This document shows positions 9,094 through 20,870 of a DNA stretch of 32,634 nt, in pieces. A program made the position numbers and the translations under genes. Below the pieces are notes generated by a model. It was not told where the DNA came from. It saw nothing but the letters and a program-made list of their open reading frames with translations, and did not search any database. Position 1 is the first letter of the stretch. Each line of letters starts with the position of its first letter. The stretch spans positions 1 through 32,634 of the forward strand of contig PWVH01000014.1 in NCBI GenBank assembly GCA_003563465.1. The letters run 5' to 3'. The DNA comes from Coriobacteriaceae bacterium. Lineage in GTDB: Bacteria > Actinomycetota > Coriobacteriia > Anaerosomatales > SLCP01.

Positions 9094-9398
9094 CCTCGAC
9101 CTCCGCATCCGTCGCGTTTCACGGGCCACCACGATTTCGAGGGAGCGTTGTCGCGAGACGGCCCCGCTCTGTCTTGGCCCTGCCCGAGATGGTACCCGAC
9201 ACGGCGTCCTGGATGACGCGTTTCCGGCTTCTGGTCCCGTGCCGCCTCTTGGCCTGGCCGTCGCGCGCCCCACTTCTGCAGCGGCGTAGCCTTGACCCCG
9301 TCTTCATGCGGGGATAACCTCGGTTGCGCCCGCGCGGCCTTGCCGTTGGCGGGCTGTCGTCATGCTCGCTGCCCGCCCGTCCTGCTGAGGAGCGACCT

Positions 9399-12300
9399 TT
9401 GCACCTGCTCGATCCCCTTGCGGCCGCCTTGGCCTCCACCGAGCCTTTCGAGCGCGTGCTCGAAAGTCTTGCAGCTGAAGAGGATGTCACCGTCGCGGCG
9501 CCCGGTCTCGTGCGTCCTCTTCTGAGCGCAGCGATCTTCGCAAAGCATCCTCGCCCTACGCTCGTCGTGATCGCTGGCGAGTCTGCCGCCGAGCGCTATG
9601 CGCGTCAGGCCTCGGCGTACCTGGGCCCGGGCAAGGTCCTACGTTTCCCGGAGCGACCCGAGCTGCCATGGTCCGACGGGCCGCCCGACCTCGAGACGGT
9701 CGGGGCACGTGCGCGGGCACTCCACTCGTTGAGCAAGGGCCGAGCGGCGATCGTGGTGACTTCGGCGCGCGCACTGCTTCGCGCGTTGCCACCGCAAGGC
9801 AGTCACGTCTTCGAGCCTCTCACGCTCTCGGTAGGCGGCGAGCTAGACCTGGAGGAATCGGTCGCTCTTCTGGCACGCATGGGCTACGAACGCCTGGAGG
9901 TGGCCGAGGAACGCGGAACCTTCGCCGTGCGCGGCGGCATCCTGGACATCTTCCCGTCCGACGGAACGCATCCGTTGCGGGCCGAGTTCTATGGCGACAG
10001 GATCGAGACGCTGCGGCGCTACATCCCGGCGACCGGACAGAGCATCGGTGATGCAGACACCAGCGAGGTATTCGCTTGCCGGGAGGTAGTCTTGGGCACG
10101 CGAGCGGCGGCGTCGGCTCGCAAGGCTTTGCACGATCGTGCGCAGCGAAGCCCGGAGATCGCGCATCATCTCGAGCTTATGGAGCAGGGGGTCTACTTCA
10201 ATGGAGTGGAACGTTACCTGCCTGTCCTGTACAAGCAAGCAGGCGCGCTCACCGACTATCTTGCGGCGGACACGCTCGTGGTCGTGGCCGAACCGCGATC
10301 TCTCTTCGATGACGCGGTTCGCCGCGTCGAGGAGCTCACCGCCGCTGCGGAGTCGGTGGGAGCATCGGCTGAAGGTCTCATCTTGCCCGCAGAGCGCATC
10401 GAGCTAGGCGGGCGCCAGCGGCTCACCATGCTTTCGCTGATGCGCTCCGGCGGTTCGGTGGATGCCGAGATCGTCGCTCGCCGCCCAGAGGTTGCAGGCG
10501 GGGAGGAGCGGTTCGTAAGCGGAATCAGAGGACTGCTCTCTGCCGGCTACGGGGTCGCGCTCGCCGTGCCCGAGCGGCGAGTCCGCCGGCGTGTGGCCGA
10601 TAAGCTCGTCGAATCGAGCATACCGGTGGAAGGCCCCGAACCGCAGAACCTACAGCCTGGGGTGGTACATCTCAGTGCCGCAGACATTCCGTCAGGCTAT
10701 GTCATCCCGTCTGCGCGAATCGCGGTCGTCAGCATCGACGACGTCCATCCGCGGTCCTCGGCTGCGCGCCGCGCCACCCGCGAGTTCGATGCCACGAGGA
10801 TGAGCTTGGGGTTCGCCCCGGGAGACTACGTCGTGCACGTCATGCACGGCATCGGACACTTCAAGTCGCTCGAGCGCAAGGAGGTCTTGGGTTCGGCCCG
10901 GGACTATCTCGTGCTCGAGTACGCCAAAGGGGATCGCCTTTACCTGCCCGTCGAACAGATCGATCGGGTCTCGAAGTATGTGGGGCCGGACGGCACGGCG
11001 CCCCGCATCACTCGACTCAACACTGCCGACTGGTCCCGAGCTACTTCCAAGGCGCGAAAAGCCGCTCGAAAGCTCGCCATCGATCTGGTGGACCTCTACG
11101 CACGCCGCTCCGCAGTGGCCGGGCACGCGTTTGCCGCAGACACGCCTTGGCAGCTGGAGATGGAGGCGGCCTTCCCATACATGGAGACTCCCGACCAGCT
11201 CGCTGCGATCGCCGACGTCAAGGCTGACATGGAGTCTGCGAAGCCGATGGACCGTCTGGTATGCGGCGATGTCGGTTACGGAAAGACCGAGGTAGCGATC
11301 CGTGCCGTCTTCAAGGCCATCCAGGACGGAAAGCAGGCCATGCTGCTTTGCCCGACCACGATTCTGGCGCAGCAGCACTTCACGACCTTCTCCGAGCGCA
11401 TCGCGCCCTTCCCGATCAGGGTGGAGGTGCTCTCGCGATTCCGATCCTCGGCACAGCAGCGCGCGGCGCTCGAGGGGTTTGCGAGAGGAGAGGTCGATCT
11501 TCTCATCGGCACCCACCGCCTGTTGTCGGCAGACGTGATACCCCGAGACCTCGGTCTGATCGTCATCGACGAGGAGCAGCGTTTCGGCGTGCAGCACAAG
11601 GAGCATCTCAAGAACTTCCGCGAGCAGGTCGACGTGCTGACCATGACCGCAACGCCGATTCCGCGCACGTTGCAGATGTCGCTTTCGGGCGTGCGCGACA
11701 TGAGCGTGATCGACACACCGCCGCCCAATCGCTTTCCGGTGCAGGTGTATGTGGGCGAGTACGATCCCGATGTGGTGTCCGGTGCGATCCGTCGTGAAGC
11801 CGAGCGCGGCGGGCAGGTCTACTACGTCTCGAACCGCGTGAAGTCGATAGATGACGCGGTCGCGCGCGTGCAGGAGGCTGCTCCGGAGGCGCGGGTAGGC
11901 GTTGCGCACGGCCAGATGAGCGAAAGACAACTGGAGCGGATCATGGAGTCTTTCGCCGCCAACGAGATCGACGTGCTAGTGGCGACTACCATCGTGGAGA
12001 GCGGCATCGACAACCCGCACAGCAACACGCTCGTCATCGAGGACAGCCAGCGCCTCGGCCTGGCGCAGCTCTATCAGCTGAAGGGCCGGGTAGGGAGGAG
12101 CCACGTCCGAGCGTACGCCTACTTCCTCTTCCCCCGGGGTGCCCTGCTGACCGAAGAAGCGGTCGAGCGGCTTGTGGCCATCCGAGACCACTCCGACTTG
12201 GGCAGCGGCATCAAGATTGCCATGCGCGATTTGGAGATACGCGGGGCAGGGTCTCTTCTCGGCGCGGAACAGCACGGCATGATGAGCGCTGTGGGCTTCG

Positions 12301-12818
12301 ACCTTTATGCGGAGATGATCCGCGAGGCTGTCGCCGAGGCCCGTGGAGAACCGTCACTGGCTCATCCGGAGATTCGGGTCGATATCGCCGTACCCGCCTT
12401 CCTGCCTGAGGAGTACGTGCCTGCCGTCGACGAGCGCGTGCGGCTCTACCGCCGCCTGGCCGGAGCACCCACGCTCGAAGGCGTCGAGCGGGCAGCCGCC
12501 GAACTCGTCAAGGCCCGTGGCGCACTGCCCGAACCGGCGACCGAACTCGTTCGGATCGCCCGCATCCGAGCGCTGGCTGCCGAAGCTGGGGTGCGCTCGG
12601 TGAGCGCGGCGAAAGGGCGCCTGACGGCCTCGCCGGTGACGGTTACTTCCGAGGCCCGCGGAAGACTTGCCGCCATGGGCGCCGTGACGATCGAACGCGA
12701 CCAGGCCGTGGCGCTGCCGCTGGGCTATGGAGCTTCTGTGACGAAGGTCGCCGAGGAGCTCCTGGGTGCTATACTTGCCGGGACCGACTACGCTATGCCA
12801 ACTCCCTTGGAGGACTGA
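9399..12818 (+). CDS. mfd: Transcription-repair coupling factor Mfd
   Basis: CarD-like segment (GDYVVHVMHGIGHF), SF2 helicase motifs (GDVGYGKTEVA, DEEQRFGV, TATPIPRT) and a TRG-type C-terminal region. The ORF is open from 9324. TTG 9399 is preferred because GAGGAG lies 6 nt upstream, but the start is uncertain. Confidence 0.93.
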   Translation: MHLLDPLAAALASTEPFERVLESLAAEEDVTVAAPGLVRPLLSAAIFAKHPRPTLVVIAGESAAERYARQASAYLGPGKVLRFPERPELPWSDGPPDLETVGARARALHSLSKGRAAIVVTSARALLRALPPQGSHVFEPLTLSVGGELDLEESVALLARMGYERLEVAEERGTFAVRGGILDIFPSDGTHPLRAEFYGDRIETLRRYIPATGQSIGDADTSEVFACREVVLGTRAAASARKALHDRAQRSPEIAHHLELMEQGVYFNGVERYLPVLYKQAGALTDYLAADTLVVVAEPRSLFDDAVRRVEELTAAAESVGASAEGLILPAERIELGGRQRLTMLSLMRSGGSVDAEIVARRPEVAGGEERFVSGIRGLLSAGYGVALAVPERRVRRRVADKLVESSIPVEGPEPQNLQPGVVHLSAADIPSGYVIPSARIAVVSIDDVHPRSSAARRATREFDATRMSLGFAPGDYVVHVMHGIGHFKSLERKEVLGSARDYLVLEYAKGDRLYLPVEQIDRVSKYVGPDGTAPRITRLNTADWSRATSKARKAARKLAIDLVDLYARRSAVAGHAFAADTPWQLEMEAAFPYMETPDQLAAIADVKADMESAKPMDRLVCGDVGYGKTEVAIRAVFKAIQDGKQAMLLCPTTILAQQHFTTFSERIAPFPIRVEVLSRFRSSAQQRAALEGFARGEVDLLIGTHRLLSADVIPRDLGLIVIDEEQRFGVQHKEHLKNFREQVDVLTMTATPIPRTLQMSLSGVRDMSVIDTPPPNRFPVQVYVGEYDPDVVSGAIRREAERGGQVYYVSNRVKSIDDAVARVQEAAPEARVGVAHGQMSERQLERIMESFAANEIDVLVATTIVESGIDNPHSNTLVIEDSQRLGLAQLYQLKGRVGRSHVRAYAYFLFPRGALLTEEAVERLVAIRDHSDLGSGIKIAMRDLEIRGAGSLLGAEQHGMMSAVGFDLYAEMIREAVAEARGEPSLAHPEIRVDIAVPAFLPEEYVPAVDERVRLYRRLAGAPTLEGVERAAAELVKARGALPEPATELVRIARIRALAAEAGVRSVSAAKGRLTASPVTVTSEARGRLAAMGAVTIERDQAVALPLGYGASVTKVAEELLGAILAGTDYAMPTPLED

Positions 12819-13783
12819 TGATGACCCTTCGTCCCGTTCTGGTGGCGGTACTGGCCGTCGCTCTTCTGGCAGGCCCTGCCGCTTGCGGTTCTGAGGAGAT
12901 AGCCGCCCGTGTGAACGGCGAGGAGATAAGCGCTTCGGAGCTCGATGCACAGGCCGAACGTCTGGTGCAACAGTCTCCTCAGATGTTCGAGGGCCCAGAA
13001 GGCGAGGCTCGTCTGCTCGACTTCAAGCGGCGTCTGCTCGAGAGCATGATCGACAACATATTGGTTCGTCAGGGCGCTGAAGAGCGCGGCATCGTGGTCA
13101 CGGACGAGGAGATAGATGCACAGCTCGAGGAGCTGAAGGCGAGCTTCCCAAGCGAGGACGACTTCGAGATCGCTCTGGCCGACGCCAATATCACTCTGGA
13201 TGCCCTGAGGCAGCAGATACACGACCAGCTCGTAACCCAGCGTCTCATGGAGGAACTCGTCGGTAGCGACCTCGTCACCAAGTCCGATATCGACGCCTAC
13301 TACGAGGATCACAGGGAAGACTTCTCGCAACATGCGACCACTCGGGCTTCGCACATCCTCTTCGATCCGGACGACAAGGAGACCGCAGAAGAGGTGCTTG
13401 CCGAGATCAAGGCGGGAGCAGACTTCGCCGAACTCGCCGAAAAGCACTCCAAGGACCCCGTCTCAGGCGCACAAGGTGGAGACCTGGGCTGGTCCGATCC
13501 CCAGCAGCCGTTCGTCCCCGAGTTTCAGGCTGCACTCGACGAACTCGAGGTCGGCGAGATCTCCGAGCTGGTAGAGACCGAGTTCGGCTGGCACATCATC
13601 ATAGTCGAGGATAAGATCGAAGAGCGTCAGCAGCCGCTCGACGAGGTCTCTAGCCAGATCGAGCAGCTCATCTTACAGGAACGCAACATCGACGCCCTCC
13701 AGTCGTTCCTCGACGAGATCCGCGAGAGGTCCGAGATCGAGATCCTCATCGAAGAGCTCAAGATTCCCGAGGACGAGGAGTAG
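12818..13783 (+). CDS. Parvulin-type peptidyl-prolyl isomerase (SurA-N/PrsA-like), exported
   Basis: Signal peptide, and rotamase core ASHILF...AELAEKHSKDPVSGAQGGDLGW...FGWHIIIVEDK. Start overlaps the mfd stop. Confidence 0.85.
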   Translation: MMTLRPVLVAVLAVALLAGPAACGSEEIAARVNGEEISASELDAQAERLVQQSPQMFEGPEGEARLLDFKRRLLESMIDNILVRQGAEERGIVVTDEEIDAQLEELKASFPSEDDFEIALADANITLDALRQQIHDQLVTQRLMEELVGSDLVTKSDIDAYYEDHREDFSQHATTRASHILFDPDDKETAEEVLAEIKAGADFAELAEKHSKDPVSGAQGGDLGWSDPQQPFVPEFQAALDELEVGEISELVETEFGWHIIIVEDKIEERQQPLDEVSSQIEQLILQERNIDALQSFLDEIRERSEIEILIEELKIPEDEE

Positions 13784-13816
13784 TCGCTTACGTTCGGGCG
13801 CTGTCGGGATGGTGTC

Positions 13817-15879
<2,063 letters not shown>

Positions 15880-15885
15880 GAGTTT

Positions 15886-16012
15886 GCTGGAGGCGGGCGC
15901 TTTGTCGGAGGCGGGCGCTTTGCCGGAGCCGGAGGTCTCGCCGGAACCGGGTGGCGCTTCGCCGGAGGCGGGCGTTTTGCCGGAGTAGAGTGCTTCGCCG
16001 GAACCGGTCACG
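15886..16012. repeat. About 7 imperfect tandem copies of an 18-21 nt unit (consensus CCGGAGGCGGGCGCTTTG) in the eno-methyltransferase spacer
   Basis: Read directly: gctggaggcgggcgctttg / tcggaggcgggcgctttg / ccggagccggaggtctcg / ccggaaccgggtggcgcttcg / ccggaggcgggcgttttg / ccggagtagagtgcttcg / ccggaaccggtcacg. Confidence 0.8.
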
Positions 16013-16031
16013 TAAGAGATATAGTGAACAC

Positions 16032-16928
16032 ATGGTGGCAGGAACCGACAAGCGAGCAAACAAGCATCTGGAGGATTTCGGTCTCCATCTAGAGGACGCG
16101 CTGGAGCGACGCGAGCGCCTCGCGAACCAGTACGACATCGACTATGGGCATGAGCGCGTGTTCCCGGCCCTTGTGGACGCTCTGCTCGACGAGATTCCAG
16201 AGGGCGCGAGGGTGCTGGAGGTCGGTGCGGCGACGGGCTTGCTGACACGTCCCTTGCTGACACGGGCCGGGCACGTCACCGCGCTGGAGCCCTCGGCGGG
16301 GCTGCTCAGGCGCCTCGTCTCGAGCGAGGTCGCGCAATCCCCGAATCTGACCGTGGTTCAAGGGATGGTGGAGGGCCTGCTGCACGACCTGACTTACGAC
16401 CTAGCGGTAGTGACGTTCACACCTCGGCACGGGATGGCCCTTTCGCGGTTACTCACAGAACTCGCCACACGCGTGCACGATCGGGTGATTCTATTGCTCG
16501 ACGAGGACGGATCGCTGGACTGGGCTTACCTTGCACGGGAAGCAGCAGCTCAGGGCATCGAAGTGTCGCTCAGAATCATCGCCAACGAAGAACAGGATCT
16601 GGCTTCGCGGAAGCGCGCCGTGCTTCTGGTCGCCGATGTGAGCCGATGGGTTCCGACTCTTGTTACGCCCACGGAGTGGGTGACCGATGCTCGCGAGGTC
16701 GAGGTACCGTTCCCGGCTCCACGCGGAGCGGCGACACGTCTGGTGCGCGATATGCTCGCGAGGGGCGATCGCGTGCTCAAGATTCGCACAAGCCCCGAGG
16801 GTTCGGACCGCCTGTATGGGAACCTGCGGACGGCGGCTTATCGTCTCGGTCGTGACAGACTGACCCTGAGGCGTGACGACGACGTCATCCAGATAGTGAG
16901 ACTCCCTAAGGCTGGCGAGGCGGAGTGA
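16032..16928 (+). CDS. Class I SAM-dependent methyltransferase (substrate unknown)
   Basis: Motif I VLEVGAATGLLTRPL followed by VTALEPS. ATG 16032 chosen; the ORF is open from 15951 across the repeat. Confidence 0.65.
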   Translation: MVAGTDKRANKHLEDFGLHLEDALERRERLANQYDIDYGHERVFPALVDALLDEIPEGARVLEVGAATGLLTRPLLTRAGHVTALEPSAGLLRRLVSSEVAQSPNLTVVQGMVEGLLHDLTYDLAVVTFTPRHGMALSRLLTELATRVHDRVILLLDEDGSLDWAYLAREAAAQGIEVSLRIIANEEQDLASRKRAVLLVADVSRWVPTLVTPTEWVTDAREVEVPFPAPRGAATRLVRDMLARGDRVLKIRTSPEGSDRLYGNLRTAAYRLGRDRLTLRRDDDVIQIVRLPKAGEAE

Positions 16929-16966
16929 TTCCTGTCTGTCGGGATCAGGCAGGATAGGAGGCTACG

Positions 16967-18373
16967 ATGCGTCGTACCAAGATCGTGGCTACCATCGGGC
17001 CGGCCAGCGAGTCTGCGGAGTCGTTGGACGCGCTGATTCGGTCGGGCATGGACGTCGCCCGGCTGAACTCCTCACACTCCGGTCCTGAGGAGCTCGCCGA
17101 GCGTCTCGAAACTGTGCGCGCAGCTGGTGAGCGAGCAGGGAAGCCCGTTGCGATCATGCTCGACCTCGCCGGTCCCAAATTGCGTTTGGGCGAGATCGTC
17201 CCGGGAACCGAGCTCGTGTCCGGAGAGAGGTTCTCTCTTGTGCCCGGAGAGTGTACCGGCGATGCGACAAGAGCGTGTCTCGCATACACGGATCTCGCCG
17301 AGGACCTCGCGCCCGGCGATCGTTTGCTCATCGACGACGGCGCCATCGAGCTCGAGGTGACCGAGATCGATCATGGAGCGGTGCACACCCGCGTAGAGGT
17401 AGGTGGAGCGCTCTCGAGTCGCAAGGGCATCAACGTTCCCGGCGTCAGCCTCGATGTGGATGCGGTGACGGACTACGATCGCGAGGTGCTATCTTGGGGA
17501 CTCGAGTCGGGAGTCGATCTCGTTGCTCAGTCCTTCGTTCGCAGCGCTCAAGACGTCGAGCGCCTTCGCGAACTCATCGGCGAGCGTTCCGTGCCCATCG
17601 TCGTGAAGATCGAGAAGCATGAGGCGACCGAGGACATCGAGGCCATAGTAGCTGCAAGCGACGCAGTCATGGTCGCTCGCGGGGATCTGGGTGTGGAAAC
17701 CTCTGCAGAGGAAGTGCCGGTGCTCCAGCTGCGCATCATCGAGTTATGTCGCGCTGCGGGAGTACCTGTGATCGTAGCAACCCAGATGCTCGAGTCGATG
17801 ACCGAAGCTCCAAGGCCTACGCGTGCCGAGGCCTCTGACGTAGCGAACGCAATCTTCCAGAAGGTGGACGCTGTCATGCTCTCTGCGGAGACCGCCGTGG
17901 GACGCTATCCAGTCGAGTCGGTGGCCACCATGGCGAGGATCGCCAAACGGGCAGAGGAGGCGGTTCCGGCGGCGCATGAAAGCCATGTTCGGGCCGGCGA
18001 AAGGAGCGATGTCACCGCCGCGGTGAGCGCCGCCGTCTGCGAGCTGGCCGGAGATCTAGAACTCGACGCGATTGTCACTGCCACGCAGTCGGGCGCGACA
18101 GCAAGGGCCGTCGCACGTCACAGGCCTGATGTTCCCGTGGTAGCCGTGACGCCGGACGAGGCTGTCGCCCGGCAGCTTGAGCTGGTGTGGGGTGTTTGCC
18201 CCTTGGTTGTTCCGCTTGCCGACGATACGGACCTTATGCTCGACACCGTGCTTGCGGCCGTGCGCAGGGCGGGTCTTGCCGATGCAGGGCGGCTGGTTGC
18301 GATCACAGCTGGCATCTCGTCGCGGGTACCCGGCGCCACCGATCTGATACTCGTGAAAGAGGTTCCGGAGTAG
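16967..18373 (+). CDS. pyk: Pyruvate kinase
   Basis: MRRTKIVATIGPAS, DVARLNSSH, MVARGDLGVE, ATQMLESM. Confidence 0.96.
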   Translation: MRRTKIVATIGPASESAESLDALIRSGMDVARLNSSHSGPEELAERLETVRAAGERAGKPVAIMLDLAGPKLRLGEIVPGTELVSGERFSLVPGECTGDATRACLAYTDLAEDLAPGDRLLIDDGAIELEVTEIDHGAVHTRVEVGGALSSRKGINVPGVSLDVDAVTDYDREVLSWGLESGVDLVAQSFVRSAQDVERLRELIGERSVPIVVKIEKHEATEDIEAIVAASDAVMVARGDLGVETSAEEVPVLQLRIIELCRAAGVPVIVATQMLESMTEAPRPTRAEASDVANAIFQKVDAVMLSAETAVGRYPVESVATMARIAKRAEEAVPAAHESHVRAGERSDVTAAVSAAVCELAGDLELDAIVTATQSGATARAVARHRPDVPVVAVTPDEAVARQLELVWGVCPLVVPLADDTDLMLDTVLAAVRRAGLADAGRLVAITAGISSRVPGATDLILVKEVPE

Positions 18374-18500
18374 CTACCTCACCCTAAGGTTCGACCTGAG
18401 GTGACGCGCCGTGCCTCAGCTGTGATATCATCAACACCATCAAGAAGTGCACCACGTCAAAACCGCACACGCTGGCCTTCTCATAGGACTTCTTCACGCT

Positions 18501-19115
18501 ATGGCATCGAGGAACTCGACGCGGCACGGGGCTTCAGCGAGATCACGACGGACCACCTCGGCTGGGAGGTCCGCGCGTGGTGTTTCGGTGCATCCCCGGT
18601 CTCGCGCTACTTCTAAAAGCACGACTAAGCGCACGACTTCTAGGCGCACGACTAAGCGCACGACTTCGAGGCGTGCCCCTGCAAAGGCGAAAGGGAACGC
18701 GGCGGCCGTCGCCAAGAGCCGCAAACAAACTCGAGCACGTCCCCGGCAACGGCACCTTTTGCTCTGGGTGCTGGCATTCCTCGGCACGATAGCCGTCGTA
18801 GCGTGGGTTCTCTATCCGGCGTTGCGTGTCCACTACCAGGAGACACGCGAGAAGACGCGCCTTGAGGCCGAGCTCGAAACTCTCAAGGCGCGCAACGAGA
18901 CCTTGAGTGCACAGGTCGATCGTCTCAAGACGCCGGAAGGAGTCGAGGAGATCGCGAGAGAGAACCTCGGCATGATCAAGGAGGGGGAGAATCTCTACGT
19001 TGTGCTCGAGGAAGAGGAGCCCACAGAAACCGCAGCCCCCAACCTGGAGATAGACGAAGCGGAAAGAGATCCAGCCTGGGTCGAGGTGCTCGACCTTGTC
19101 TTCGGCGTGAGATAG
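18501..19115 (+). CDS. Septum formation initiator (FtsB/DivIC family) with basic repeat-containing N-terminal tail
   Basis: Single TM helix LLLWVLAFLGTIAVVAWVL, then a coiled coil (REKTRLEAELETLKARNETLSAQVDRLK) and EEIARENLGMIKEGE. Position between eno/pyk and DUF501-ppx matches actinobacterial synteny. Confidence 0.8.
   Translation: MASRNSTRHGASARSRRTTSAGRSARGVSVHPRSRATSKSTTKRTTSRRTTKRTTSRRAPAKAKGNAAAVAKSRKQTRARPRQRHLLLWVLAFLGTIAVVAWVLYPALRVHYQETREKTRLEAELETLKARNETLSAQVDRLKTPEGVEEIARENLGMIKEGENLYVVLEEEEPTETAAPNLEIDEAERDPAWVEVLDLVFGVR
18621..18674 (+). repeat. Exact-phase 27-nt tandem duplication inside the ftsB-like gene (encodes TTKRTTSRR twice)
   Basis: acgactaagcgcacgacttctaggcgc / acgactaagcgcacgacttcgaggcgt, with 2 mismatches. 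Confidence 0.85.
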
Positions 19116-19123
19116 GAGGCAGC

Positions 19124-19657
19124 GTGGTCGCCGGTACCGGAAAGGCGACACCAGCGGATGCGGTGATGGTCGAGTTGCAGCTCGGCCGTGCGCCTCGAGG
19201 AGAGTGGAGGGTCGCGGTCCGCTGCCGCTACGATTTCCCGCAGGTGATAGCAACGGCTCCGCAACTTGTCGACGGCTCGCCCTTTCCGACGCTTCACTGG
19301 CTCACATGCCCCTTTCTCGTCGAGGCGATAGACGGGTTGGAATCGGCAGGGGGTGCCGATGAGTGGGCCGAACGGCTTGCCAGCGACCCCTCCTTTGCCG
19401 AGCGCATGCTCGCTGCGGATGCGCACTATCGCGCTCTCAGGACTGCCGAGGGTCGCGGATGCGCTGACCTCTGTGCGGGCGTGGGCGTGGCAGGCCAGCA
19501 GGACCCCCTGGCTACCAAGTGTCTCCATGCGCATCTGGCCGCTCGTCTGGCGGGAATCGACGACCCGGTGGGCGAGAGCCTGCTGGAGACCGTTGGCGAT
19601 GCGTGCGAGGATTCGCGCTGCGGGAACCTTACCTGTCTGCGGGAGGAGCGAGATTGA
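19124..19657 (+). CDS. DUF501 domain protein
   Basis: GTG start with AGGAGG upstream. Motif FPTLHWLTCPFLVEAIDGLES. Conserved partner upstream of ppx in Actinobacteria. Confidence 0.8.
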   Translation: MVAGTGKATPADAVMVELQLGRAPRGEWRVAVRCRYDFPQVIATAPQLVDGSPFPTLHWLTCPFLVEAIDGLESAGGADEWAERLASDPSFAERMLAADAHYRALRTAEGRGCADLCAGVGVAGQQDPLATKCLHAHLAARLAGIDDPVGESLLETVGDACEDSRCGNLTCLREERD

Positions 19658-20610
19658 GCGACCCAGCGACCCGTCGCCTCGCTGCAATCGACATCGGCAC
19701 AGTCACGACCCGGTTGCTCATAGCCGACGTCGGACCCGAAGACATCACGGAGGTCTTTCGCAGCACGGATATCACACACCTCGGCGAAGGCCTGGCCGAG
19801 ACCGGAGAGCTCTCCGGTGCAGCGATGGCCCGTGTCGAATCGGTGGTCGTGCGCTATGCGGCAGAGTTGCACGCTCACGATGTGGAATCCCACGCCGCCG
19901 TCGCCACCTCGGCCTCGCGCGATGCCGCGAACGCCGGCGAGTTTGCAGCGATGCTAGCTCGGCACGGCATCGAACCGCGGATCGTGGACGGTTCTACGGA
20001 GGCGCGCCTGGCTTTTGCGGGGGCTACTCACGGAATCGTCGGCGAAGGGCTTTTGGTAAGCGACATCGGAGGCGGTTCAACCGAACTCATTCTAGGGCGA
20101 GCGTTCGAGCAGGGTGGCACGAAGCTTGCCGAAGTAGTGGAGGAAAGATCGATAGATATCGGCTCGCGGCGCATGACGGAGATGTTTCTCGATTCCGACC
20201 TGCCGACATCGTCCGAACTGGACCGGGCACGCTCGTGGGGCCGGGACGAGCTAGCCTCCTTCTTCGACTCCCTTACCGAACGGCCTCGGCTTTCGATCGC
20301 TCTTGCCGGGACCGCGACCACGCTTTCTGCGATACGGCAGGGCATGGCGGTCTACGATCCGGATCTAGTGCACGGCTCGACGCTTACGAGAGCCGAGATC
20401 GTGAAGCTTTTAGGAAGACTGGCTGCCCTGCCGCTCGATAGACGGCGCGAGGAGGTAGTGGGCCTGGATCCGGGTCGCGCACCGGTCATCGTCGCGGGAA
20501 CTCTGATTCTAGAGCTGGTCCTCGAATTGGCAGGCCTGGATTCGACGACCGTAAGCGAGCACGACATACTGTACGGAATCGTGCTGGATGCGTACGCTTC
20601 CATCTCGTGA
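19654..20610 (+). CDS. ppx: Ppx/GppA-family exopolyphosphatase / phosphatase
   Basis: RLAAIDIGTVTTRLLIADV and SDIGGGSTELI (ASKHA fold motifs). TTG 19654 overlaps the DUF501 stop, with GGGAGGAG upstream. Confidence 0.9.
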   Translation: MSDPATRRLAAIDIGTVTTRLLIADVGPEDITEVFRSTDITHLGEGLAETGELSGAAMARVESVVVRYAAELHAHDVESHAAVATSASRDAANAGEFAAMLARHGIEPRIVDGSTEARLAFAGATHGIVGEGLLVSDIGGGSTELILGRAFEQGGTKLAEVVEERSIDIGSRRMTEMFLDSDLPTSSELDRARSWGRDELASFFDSLTERPRLSIALAGTATTLSAIRQGMAVYDPDLVHGSTLTRAEIVKLLGRLAALPLDRRREEVVGLDPGRAPVIVAGTLILELVLELAGLDSTTVSEHDILYGIVLDAYASIS

Positions 20611-20644
20611 ACGTATTCGCGAAGCCGAGGATCGGGTGAAAGAC

Positions 20645-20731
20645 GGCGGTGTATCCGAATTGGCACAGGAAGGGGCCTTAAAAGCCTCTGGCCGCAAGGC
20701 CGTGTGGGTTCGAGTCCCACCACCGCCACCA
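20645..20731 (+). tRNA. tRNA-Leu (anticodon UAA), class II with long variable arm, CCA encoded
   Basis: Folded by hand: GGCGGTG / D arm TCC-GAATTGGCACA-GGA / anticodon stem GGGGC - loop CTTAAAA - GCCTC / variable arm TGGCCGCAAGGCCGT / T arm GTGGG-TTCGAGT-CCCAC / CACCGCC-A-CCA. Confidence 0.9.
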
Positions 20732-20870
20732 CAACCTCCGGCGCTGCTCTGCCGATATTGAACGCCGGGGTACTTTGCCCGGCACGCTGCGGCTCTGCGA
20801 TACTGCAAGAGTTTGGAATGTCGCTTTCCGGGGGTGGGCTACCGGAGCCGATGTGAAGGGAGCGTGAGGC

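Noticed and set aside
9324-9398. Mfd start at the first in-frame TTG (9324) as listed in the ORF track
   Set aside because: There is no usable RBS there, and the first 25 residues are Arg/Gly/Ser-rich. TTG 9399 has GAGGAG at ideal spacing. Start kept as uncertain.
10692-11930. 412-aa minus-strand ORF inside mfd. The same applies to minus-strand ORFs 1113..2036, 4165..5028, 20352..21608, 21065..22168, 23463..24494 and 28585..29535.
   Set aside because: All lie antisense to genes with strong family motifs. They have low-complexity Arg/Gly/Pro-rich translations and no RBS context. Such ORFs are expected by chance at this GC content.
15886-16012. The 18-nt tandem repeat as a CRISPR array
   Set aside because: The units are contiguous with no unique spacers, they are too short and degenerate, and there are no cas genes.
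18376-18419. Mutually exclusive hairpins (ACCTCA/TGAGGT versus CTGAGG/CCTCAG) after pyk as an attenuator
   Set aside because: The stems are only 6 bp with large loops. There is no U-tract and no leader peptide. This is easily a chance occurrence.
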